The position numbers and the translations under genes are program-made. Source: an uncultured Planctomycetaceae bacterium (GTDB lineage: Bacteria > Planctomycetota > Planctomycetia > Pirellulales > Thermoguttaceae). Taken from it: DNA of 13,620 nt. Where the stretch lies: contig CAYVVR010000039.1 in NCBI GenBank assembly GCA_964454655.1, positions 1 to 13,620 of the forward strand. The letters are read 5' to 3'. Below, in pieces: positions 7,399-13,620 of the stretch; positions within the stretch are counted from its first letter, which is position 1; each line of letters begins with the position of its first letter. Under the pieces are notes generated by a model, which was not told where the DNA came from, made no database searches, and worked only from the letters and a program-made list of their open reading frames with translations.

Positions 7399-8633
7399 AT
7401 GATGTCGCAACCTGACCTGAACACTTATCGAGAACTCCTTTCCGATCGAGGTCGCAAGGCCTTGGCCGAAGCCGATCGTTTGCTCGACGAACTTCCGTTG
7501 CACACGGCGACCAATCGGCTTCGTAAACAGTGGCCGCCGGAATGGACGACACTCGTCTTGCAGCAATGTCGGCTTCGTCGAAAGGCGACGGCAAAGTTTC
7601 CCTTCGCCGATCGGATGTTCTTTACGCCCGTCGGCCTGGAACAAGCGACCGACTGGTGGGTCGCCGAATACAAAGCACGATCGATCCCCGCCGAGGCCCA
7701 CGTCGCCGACTTCTGCTGCGGTATCGGAGGCGATCTGCTTGGAATCGCACGACACGCAACCGCTATCGGCGTCGATCGTAGTCCGCTGTCTCTGCTTCTG
7801 GCCGAGGCGAATCACGACGCATGCGTCGAAGCCGCGAACGGGGAATTCGCCTTGTTCGACTGCACATTTCACGGCGGGACGGTCGAGTCCTTTCCGCATG
7901 GGTTCGATTGCTGGCACATGGATCCCGACCGGCGGCCGCAAAACCGCCGCACGACGCGATTGGAACTCCATGAACCGGGCATCGACGTGATCGACGCCGT
8001 GCGGAATCGGTGTCCCGATGGGCTCTTGAAGCTCGCTCCCGCGGCAGACATCCCGGCCGCCTGGGAACCGCTCGCCGAATGCGAATGGATCGGACGCCGT
8101 CGCGAATGCCGCCAGCTTTTGGTCGGTTCGGCAAGCTCGCAAGACATCCCGGTCGGCGATGCGCGACCATCTTGATCGACGACGGCACGCCCGGGCCCGC
8201 CCGAACGCGAACGATCGCCGATTTACCCGACCTCGACGGAGCGATCGTAACGTCGGAATGCGGCGATTACCTGTACACCCCCGACCCGGCGATCATCGCC
8301 GCTCGGTTGGTCGACGCCTTGGCCGCCGAATTGGGCCTGGCGCGCGTCGACACGTTTTCGGCGTACCTGACCGGCCCGCTCATCTCGGCCGACCCGGCGG
8401 TGCAGCGTTTCCGCATCGAAGCCGTGCTTCCCTTCCGCCCCAAAAAGATTCGCCCCGTCTTAGCCGAACGCCGTATCGGCCGCTTGGAAATCAAGACCTG
8501 GGGCGCACCCGTCGATATCGAAACGCTTCGCAAGCAATTACGGGTACCGGGCAACGAAGCCGGTGTGCTGCTGATCACCCGCAAGGGAAAGTCGCTACAA
8601 GCCTTCCTCGCCCGACGCGTCGACGAGAATTGA
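7399..8633 (+). pseudogene. Tgs1-like class I SAM-dependent methyltransferase (RNA cap guanine-N2 MTase fold) with a C-terminal THUMP-like domain, interrupted by a 1-nt frameshift near 8125
   Basis: Frame 1 (7399..8175) encodes MMSQPDLNTYRELLSDRGRKALAEA...ADFCCGIGGDLLGIARHATAIGVDRSPLSLLLAEANHDA. This contains methyltransferase motif I, and the D-FCG-GG pattern is typical of Tgs1/Methyltransf_15. Frame 3 (to 8633) continues ...FGRFGKLARHPGRRCATILIDDGTPGPARTRTIADLPDLDGAIV...RVDTFSAYLTGPLISADPAVQRFRIEAV. The two frames join cleanly if one base is added in gtcggttcggc at 8122..8132, giving ...ECRQLLV(G/W)FGKLARHP.... Otherwise frame 1 stops at 8175 after a non-native tail. Confidence 0.65.
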
Positions 8634-8654
8634 CGAGAATCGCCCAACCCCAGG

Positions 8655-9269
8655 TCACGGGGTGGTACCGGAAGAACCGCCGTTTCCCGGCGGGGTTGTC
8701 GGCGGGGCCCCGCCGCCGGCACCGTTACCGGGCGGGACGGAACCATACGGCGTGGGAACCGGCGGATAAGGATAGCCCCACCCCCACGGCAATCGTCCCA
8801 AGCCATAGGGGTTCACCCACGCCCCAAAAGGCGTCGTCCACGGTCCCCTGGGATTGCCCCAAGGACCGTACGGTGTCGCTCCGGCGCGATAGGGGAACTG
8901 CCATTCGCCGTACGGCCGCAGGTATTCGCCGCGTCCCCACGTTTCGACGACGTGGAATTGGTCGAAACTGCCGTCGGCCCCTCGTAGGCTGCTGCGGATA
9001 TGCCGATAGGCCGATCGCTGAAACGTCGGATCATAAGGCGCCGCCGGTTCCGGCTTGGGGGCGTATTGCGCTATCCGCTCGCCGGTCGGTTTGTGCGAGT
9101 AGTATCCCTGCTGGAAGATCCAGCTATCGGCCCGGGCGCAATCGGTCGCGATCGCTGCCGCGACGAAGAAACACACGAGCATCCACCCGTTCCACGGGCC
9201 TCGTCGCTCCTCCCCGACCGAACGACGCGGGCGATGACCGATCCGATTGTCGCGGCCGAAAAACACCAT
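8655..9269 (-). CDS. Secreted low-complexity protein rich in Tyr/Trp/Pro/Gly repeats (PYG/PWG)
   Basis: The ORF has an ATG at 9269 (the track begins at a GTG at 9281, and an alternative ATG is at 9182). There is an Arg-rich n-region, then the hydrophobic core MLVCFFVAAAIATDCARA followed by DS. The mature part reads ...YLRPYGEWQFPYRAGATPYGPWGNPRGPWTTPFGAWVNPYGLGRLPWGWGYPYPPVPTPYGSVPPGNGAGGGAPPTTPPGNGGSSGTTP. The antisense ORFs at 8159..9271 and 8267..8806 are Arg/Pro junk. Confidence 0.55.
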   Translation of the reverse strand: MVFFGRDNRIGHRPRRSVGEERRGPWNGWMLVCFFVAAAIATDCARADSWIFQQGYYSHKPTGERIAQYAPKPEPAAPYDPTFQRSAYRHIRSSLRGADGSFDQFHVVETWGRGEYLRPYGEWQFPYRAGATPYGPWGNPRGPWTTPFGAWVNPYGLGRLPWGWGYPYPPVPTPYGSVPPGNGAGGGAPPTTPPGNGGSSGTTP

Positions 9270-9473
9270 GAGTCGACGCACTCGAAAAACGCGTATCCCA
9301 GAAGCACATGACGGTGGAGTCCGATGCCGACTCCACAGCCTCCATGATAATCAGCCGCGACAGAAACCTCGCCCCAAAACCCCATTGCTTCCTTTTTTGC
9401 GTCGTTTCGCCCATCGAATCGGCCGACATATCCGATGCAATCACTAAATTCGGAACGGAAATGCGCGTGCCCG

Positions 9474-9506
9474 ACAAAAAACGCCGAAGGCAATCACCTT
9501 CGGCGA
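9474..9506 (-). terminator. Rho-independent terminator for the lipoprotein gene, on the minus strand
   Basis: A perfect 9-bp GC-rich stem (CGCCGAAGG at 9482..9490 pairing with CCTTCGGCG at 9497..9505) encloses a 6-nt loop. On the plus strand A6 at 9476..9481 immediately precedes the stem, so the minus-strand transcript reads hairpin, then UUUUUUG. It lies 40 nt downstream of the lipoprotein stop at 9545. Confidence 0.5.
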
Positions 9507-9544
9507 AGAAAAGATAAGCTATGGGGCAGGTCGATCGACCGAGT

Positions 9545-10171
9545 TCATTGCGAGGCAGGTTGTTCCACCATCAGCTCTTCTCGCTCGGGGTCGTACACAT
9601 ACCGGCATCCGGGAGGTAGCTCGGGCAATGCGATCTGGTTCTTCTGGATGATTTCCCGCATGAATTCTTCATGAGACCGCGGGGCGAAACCGTTCTCGGC
9701 TTTGTACAACTGCATGGCCTTAGGAATCTGGATCCGGAAGGCCACCATCTCGCGACTGGTGAAAAAGGCCTTCACCGGCGTCATGAGAATACCTTCCCCC
9801 AGCGTTCGACCCTTTTTCCCGACACCGACGTCGGCCACCTGTCGCGATGGCGGAGGCGTAGCCTCGGCAGGCTCGCCGGTAGCCGGTTCGGCCCCCGGCA
9901 GGTTCAAGCCCCCCACCGTCGTCGAGACGGAACGCCCTTGATTCCAACGCCCTTCCTCGGTGGACTCTTCGGCAACCGCCGGTTCCGAGGCGGAATCTTG
10001 CCCTTGGGCCGTCGCTTCCCCACTTTCGGCTTCCGGAGCCGTCTGTACGGCAGGGTTGGGCGCGTTATCGACCTTGTCGTAGCGGCCGCCGTCGCTGCAT
10101 CCGCACACCCATCCGACTGTCCCGAGCAAGATCGCCCAAGCAAGTAGTCTCAATCGCACAAACCGGCTCAT
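9545..10171 (-). CDS. Lipoprotein with an acidic disordered linker and a conserved C-terminal domain, function unknown
   Basis: The ATG at 10171 is preceded by GGAAAGGAG at -14..-6. The signal and lipobox read MSRFVRLRLLAWAILLGTVGWVCGCSDGG. A ~100-aa Glu/Ala/Pro/Ser/Thr-rich low-complexity region follows. The C-terminal ~80 aa (RTLGEGILMTPVKAFFTSREMVAFRIQIPKAMQLYKAENGFAPRSHEEFMREIIQKNQIALPELPPGCRYVYDPEREELMV) look globular. The 36 codons upstream in the track ORF lack an SD and look non-native. Confidence 0.6.
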   Translation of the reverse strand: MSRFVRLRLLAWAILLGTVGWVCGCSDGGRYDKVDNAPNPAVQTAPEAESGEATAQGQDSASEPAVAEESTEEGRWNQGRSVSTTVGGLNLPGAEPATGEPAEATPPPSRQVADVGVGKKGRTLGEGILMTPVKAFFTSREMVAFRIQIPKAMQLYKAENGFAPRSHEEFMREIIQKNQIALPELPPGCRYVYDPEREELMVEQPASQ

Positions 10172-10268
10172 GGCCCACTCCTTTCCCGTTCCGCGTAAGT
10201 AGCGCCGAATCGACGACAGGCTCTCCGAAAGCCCAAACGCTTCTTCGCCCGACGTTGCCCTCAAAGAA

Positions 10269-11129
10269 CTACGAGTCACTTTGCGGCTGGGGCGAGATTT
10301 GTTGCTGTTTTCGCGTCGTCCGCAAAATCAACCGATCGTCGGACCGACGCTCATTTTCCCCCTTTGCCGGTGTCAACTCAAACGTTTTGTCACGCAAACG
10401 TTCCAATTCTCGGCGATCGGTCAGATCGAAATGCAGCGGCGTGATCGTGATCTTCCCTTCGGCCAATGCGGTCAAGTCGGTCGGCCGGTCGGGCAACGTC
10501 GGGCGAGGCTCACCGGTCGCCCAGTAGTAGGCTCTCCCCCAAGGGTCGAATCGCTTTTCGTACTTTTCGCCGTATTGCGTGACATCCATGGGAACAACGG
10601 CCGTTTCGGGCTTCCCTTCGATAGCGGCCAAGGGAATGTTGAGGTTGTACAGCCGCGGCCCTTCTGTTCGATTCTCGAACAGCCGGCCGATCAGCTCGGC
10701 CGCCAACTCGGCCGCCTTTTCGAACGGGGCATGTTCGTCGAACTGGAGCGACACGGCTACGCTGTCGATGCCGAAGAACGCTCCCTCGATCGCGGCCGCC
10801 ACGGTTCCCGAATACAACACGTTGATCCCAGCATTCAATCCGCCGTTGATGCCGCTGACGATCAAATCGGGACGCTCCGGACACAATTCGGCGATGCCGA
10901 TCTTGACGCAATCGGCCGGACTTCCCTCGACCGCCCAACCCCAGCGTTCATCTCCACGGTAAACCTCTTTGACGACCAAGGGAATCAAATAGGTGATCGA
11001 GTGCCCGACCCCACTCTTCTCGGTGGCAGGGGCCACGACGAAAACCTCGCCCAGGCGAGCCAAGGCCTCGGCCATCGCCGCCAGCCCCGGCGCGTAAATA
11101 CCGTCGTCGTTCGTCAGCAAGATGCGCAC
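10269..11129 (-). CDS. surE: 5'/3'-nucleotidase SurE
   Basis: The N-terminus (V->M)RILLTNDDGIYAPGLAAMAEAL...VVAPATEKSGVGHSIT is the canonical SurE signature, and the length and remaining motifs (GINGGLNAG...VLYSGTVAAA) fit. It uses a GTG start at 11129. A ~35-aa C-terminal extension rich in R/Q/S/P follows the conserved ...ITITPLHFDLT end. Confidence 0.92.
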   Translation of the reverse strand: MRILLTNDDGIYAPGLAAMAEALARLGEVFVVAPATEKSGVGHSITYLIPLVVKEVYRGDERWGWAVEGSPADCVKIGIAELCPERPDLIVSGINGGLNAGINVLYSGTVAAAIEGAFFGIDSVAVSLQFDEHAPFEKAAELAAELIGRLFENRTEGPRLYNLNIPLAAIEGKPETAVVPMDVTQYGEKYEKRFDPWGRAYYWATGEPRPTLPDRPTDLTALAEGKITITPLHFDLTDRRELERLRDKTFELTPAKGENERRSDDRLILRTTRKQQQISPQPQSDS

Positions 11130-11185
11130 GTTGAGGAATCTCTCTTAACTCTCGTATTTTCAAGATGTTATGACGTCAATCATTC

Positions 11186-11216
11186 ACTATATCGCGTGCT
11201 ACCGGCAACGACAATC
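11186..11216 (-). promoter_or_regulatory. Candidate sigma70-like promoter for surE (TTGTCG-17-TATAGT, read on the minus strand)
   Basis: On the minus strand the -35 TTGTCG is at 11214..11209 and the -10 TATAGT at 11191..11186, with a 17-nt spacer. They sit inside an unusually AT-rich ~60-bp island (11140..11200). This is about 55 nt upstream of the surE GTG. Confidence 0.3.
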
Positions 11217-11322
11217 ACCACCAATCGAGCGACGCCGACTCGCGGGCCGGGCTAGTCTCGGCAAATCCGCCTTCGATCGTACGCCAAGCCGCGAACCGCT
11301 CGTCGGGAGGCCTGTGCGACGA

Positions 11323-11351
11323 TAGACAGCCTCTTCGCCCATTCCTATAAT
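11323..11351 (+). promoter_or_regulatory. Near-consensus sigma70-like promoter for guaA (TAGACA-17-TATAAT)
   Basis: The -35 TAGACA at 11323..11328 matches TTGACA at 5 of 6 positions. After a 17-nt spacer comes a perfect TATAAT at 11346..11351. The predicted start site is near 11358, giving a leader of about 20 nt that contains GAGGTAG upstream of the guaA ATG at 11378. Confidence 0.45.
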
Positions 11352-11377
11352 GGCGGGTTTTCACGAGGTAGAAACGT

Positions 11378-12928
11378 ATGGCGCACACGCACGACGAACA
11401 GATTCTCGTTCTCGATTTCGGTTCGCAATACGCGCAGCTGATCGCCCGCCGCGTCCGGGAACAAAACGTCTACGCAGCCATTGTGCGGCACGATATCTCG
11501 GCCGAGCGCGTGCGAGAGTTGGCACCCAAGGGACTGATCTTATCCGGCGGTCCTGCCAGCGTTTACGCCGATGATGCCCCCCGTTGCGATCCCGAGATCT
11601 TTCAACTCGGCATCCCCATTTTGGGTATTTGCTACGGGATGCAAATCCTTTGCCACTATCAAGGGGGCAAGGTCGGCAGCGCCCAGGCCCGAGAGTATGG
11701 TCGCGCCGTGTGCCGCAAGGTGAAACAGAACCCCCTTCTGGAGGGTGTCTCCGACGAATTCCAGGTCTGGATGAGCCACGGCGATCAGGTCACCGAGATC
11801 TCCGAAGATTTTGAAGTCCTGGCCTCCACCGCGACCTGTCCCTTGGCCGCGGTCAAACACAAAGAACGCCCGTTTTTCGGGTTGCAATTCCACCCTGAAG
11901 TTACCCACACGCCGCAAGGTTCTCAGATTCTCAAGAACTTCGTTCAGACTATTTGCGGCTGTCGGGGGTTGTGGAAACTCGAAGACTTCCGACGTGAGGC
12001 AATCGACGCGATCCGGCAGCGGGTCGGCGACGCCCGGGTGATCTGCGGACTTTCCGGCGGTGTCGATTCCTCGGTCGTAGCGGCCCTGTTGGCCGAAGCG
12101 ATCGGCGATCAGTTGTCGTGCATCTTGGTCGACAACGGGCTGCTGCGAAAAGGCGAGGCCGAAGCCGTCATCCGCGAGTTCACGCAGCATTTCAAAACCG
12201 ACCTGCACGTCGTTCGCGCCGAGGACCGGTTTCTCGCCGCCCTCGAAGGCGTCGACGATCCCCAGGAAAAACGACGGATCATCGGTCACACGTTCATCGA
12301 TTGCTTCGCCGACGAAGCCGCCAAGATCAACGACGCCCGTTTCTTGGCGCAGGGCACGCTGTACCCCGACGTGATCGAAAGCGGCGGCCTCAAAGACGGC
12401 CCCGCCGCCACGATCAAACTTCACCACAACGTGGGCGGCCTGCCGAGCGACTTGCAATTCGAATTGATCGAGCCGTTGCGAGACCTGTTCAAAGACGAAG
12501 TCCGCCGCCTCGGCCTACAATTGGGCCTGCCGGAAGAAATCGTGTGGCGGCACCCGTTCCCCGGTCCCGGGCTGGCCGTCCGTTGCTTGGGGCCGGTCAG
12601 CAAGCCACGGCTGGATACCTTGCGGGAAGCCGATGCGATCGTAATTGAAGAGATCAAGAAGGCCGGCTGGTATCGCAAGACTTCCCAGGTGTTCGCCGTG
12701 TTGCTGCCGATTCGCAGCGTCGGCGTGATGGGCGACGCACGCACCTACGAAGATGTGTGTGCCGTTCGGGCGATCCAAACCGAAGACTTCATGACCGCCG
12801 ATTGGGCGCACCTGCCGTATGAACTCTTGGGACGAATCGCCACCCGCGTGATCAACGAAGTGCGCGGCGTGAACCGCGTCGTGTACGACATCAGCTCGAA
12901 GCCGCCCGCCACCATCGAGTGGGAATGA
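11378..12928 (+). CDS. guaA: GMP synthase (glutamine-hydrolysing)
   Basis: It is 516 aa. The N-terminal class I glutamine amidotransferase domain reads [20 protein letters not shown]...GICYGMQ...HPEV. The ATP pyrophosphatase P-loop is [10 protein letters not shown], and the C-terminal dimerisation domain ends ...PPATIEWE. Length and motifs are all canonical. Confidence 0.97.
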   Translation: MAHTHDEQILVLDFGSQYAQLIARRVREQNVYAAIVRHDISAERVRELAPKGLILSGGPASVYADDAPRCDPEIFQLGIPILGICYGMQILCHYQGGKVGSAQAREYGRAVCRKVKQNPLLEGVSDEFQVWMSHGDQVTEISEDFEVLASTATCPLAAVKHKERPFFGLQFHPEVTHTPQGSQILKNFVQTICGCRGLWKLEDFRREAIDAIRQRVGDARVICGLSGGVDSSVVAALLAEAIGDQLSCILVDNGLLRKGEAEAVIREFTQHFKTDLHVVRAEDRFLAALEGVDDPQEKRRIIGHTFIDCFADEAAKINDARFLAQGTLYPDVIESGGLKDGPAATIKLHHNVGGLPSDLQFELIEPLRDLFKDEVRRLGLQLGLPEEIVWRHPFPGPGLAVRCLGPVSKPRLDTLREADAIVIEEIKKAGWYRKTSQVFAVLLPIRSVGVMGDARTYEDVCAVRAIQTEDFMTADWAHLPYELLGRIATRVINEVRGVNRVVYDISSKPPATIEWE

Positions 12929-12955
12929 TTGTGGCGGCGACCGCCGAGGACCGCC

Positions 12956-13306
12956 ATGAGTCGAAAACGAGACGCAAAATCGGCCTCCGAAAAGACGCCC
13001 ACGTTCGAAGAATCGTTGGCCGAACTCGAACGAATCGTCGCGAGGCTCGAATCGGGGGAATTGGGCCTCGACGAATCGCTGGCCGAGTACGAACGAGGCG
13101 TTTCCCTTTTGCGGGGTTGCCATCGGCGGTTGAAGGATGTCGAAGCCAAGATTCGCATCCTCACCGGTACCGACGAAGACGGTGAGCCGGTTACCGAACC
13201 GTTCGACGACACGCCTTCGACGGAAGAGTCCGGATCACGCAAACGGAGACGCGTCTCAAAAGGCAAATCGGCCTCTTCTTCGCCTTCCGACGACGATACC
13301 CCCTGA
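12956..13306 (+). CDS. xseB: Exodeoxyribonuclease VII small subunit with an extended charged C-terminal tail
   Basis: From the ATG at 12956, with GAGGA at -12, the protein reads MSRKRDAKSASEKTPTFEESLAELERIVARLESGELGLDESLAEYERGVSLLRGCHRRLKDVEAKIRILTG. This matches the XseB core pattern FExxLxELExIVxxLExGxLxLExSLxxYExGVxLxRxC. A ~45-aa acidic/basic tail (DEDGEPVTEPFDD…SPSDDDTP) follows. The track ORF begins at a TTG at 12929, directly abutting the guaA stop. Confidence 0.85.
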   Translation: MSRKRDAKSASEKTPTFEESLAELERIVARLESGELGLDESLAEYERGVSLLRGCHRRLKDVEAKIRILTGTDEDGEPVTEPFDDTPSTEESGSRKRRRVSKGKSASSSPSDDDTP

Positions 13307-13525
13307 TTCGCCCTAAGACGACGTTTCCAGGGGGCAAACAACGAGAAACGAAGGCGGCTGCGCTCTTGGCGGTCGATAGACGCGTTCCCATACGAGGTTT
13401 AGAATGGGATTCGAGCGGGCGCACCTGTCGGCGGCGACACGTTTCGGAGGTGGACGGTCCGTCACGGCGTTCGCTTTTTATATTCCGGTATTCACCCCAA
13501 TCACGGACCCTCAATCGGTAAGCCC

Positions 13526-13620
13526 ATGGCCGTCGATACCGAATCCCGTATCCGCCGACGTCTCAACGCGTTGCGAAAGGCCGTCGACGCTGCGCTGGAT
13601 CGGTATTCGGACCTGGGAGA
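13526..13620 (+). CDS. 5' end of a probable polyprenyl synthetase (ispA-like), continuing beyond the window
   Basis: The ATG at 13526 opens an ORF reading MAVDTESRIRRRLNALRKAVDAALDRYSDLG that runs to the window end. An N-terminus of the form ...L..V..AL..Y plus the conserved xseB-ispA gene order support the call. Only 31 codons are visible. Confidence 0.3.
   Translation, partial: MAVDTESRIRRRLNALRKAVDAALDRYSDLG

Noticed and set aside
7042-8188. 366-aa and 141-aa minus-strand ORFs
   Set aside because: They are antisense to the methyltransferase gene, whose sense frame carries clear SAM-binding motifs. Their translations are Arg/Pro-rich junk.
8641-8666. Hairpin AACCCC-AGGTCAC-GGGGT(GG) between convergent gene ends as a terminator
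   Set aside because: The stem is short (5 to 7 bp, imperfect) and overlaps the PYG gene's stop codon. It has no U-tract on either strand.
8159-9271. 370-aa plus-strand ORF
   Set aside because: It is antisense to the THUMP-like domain end and the PYG secreted-protein gene. It is extremely Arg/Pro-rich (…RRRHRYRAGRNH…) and reads as non-coding.
10281-11255. 324-aa plus-strand ORF
   Set aside because: It is antisense to surE, which is unambiguous.
11540-12457. 305-aa minus-strand ORF
   Set aside because: It is antisense to guaA, which is unambiguous.

Overview
This is a high-GC (~60%) chromosomal window with no rRNA, tRNA, CRISPR or mobile-element signatures. Gene content and organisation look planctomycete-like. 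The six-frame track is full of long antisense ORFs, which is typical for high-GC DNA. I count about 14 real genes. On the minus strand, a small secreted protein (partial, <1..220) lies downstream of a fused double-domain ABC permease of the FbpB/ThiP type (334..2016). The permease's ATG overlaps the end of an SPFH/Band-7 protein of the YdjI/Band_7_1 family that carries a Gly/Ala linker and a YbjN-like C-terminus (2006..3385). That gene is preceded by a 169-aa coiled-coil protein (3509..4018). A HEAT-repeat lipoprotein (4330..5052) and a DAC-domain c-di-AMP synthase with an N-terminal PK_C-like domain (DacZ/CdaZ-type, 5285..6292) are on the plus strand. A membrane-anchored hypothetical protein (6329..7045, minus) converges on the DAC gene. 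A Tgs1-like methyltransferase with a THUMP-like domain (7399..8633, plus) is split by a single-base frameshift. On the minus strand again are a secreted Tyr/Trp/Pro/Gly-repeat protein (8655..9269), a lipoprotein (9545..10171) followed by an intrinsic terminator, and surE (10269..11129). On the plus strand, guaA (11378..12928) has a near-consensus promoter and is followed by xseB (12956..13306) and a probable ispA-like start (13526..). The most interesting parts are the DacZ-like cyclase neighbourhood, the coiled-coil/SPFH-YbjN/permease operon, the frameshifted methyltransferase, and a T-rich divergent intergenic region (7046..7398) containing direct repeats and an 8-2-8 palindrome.
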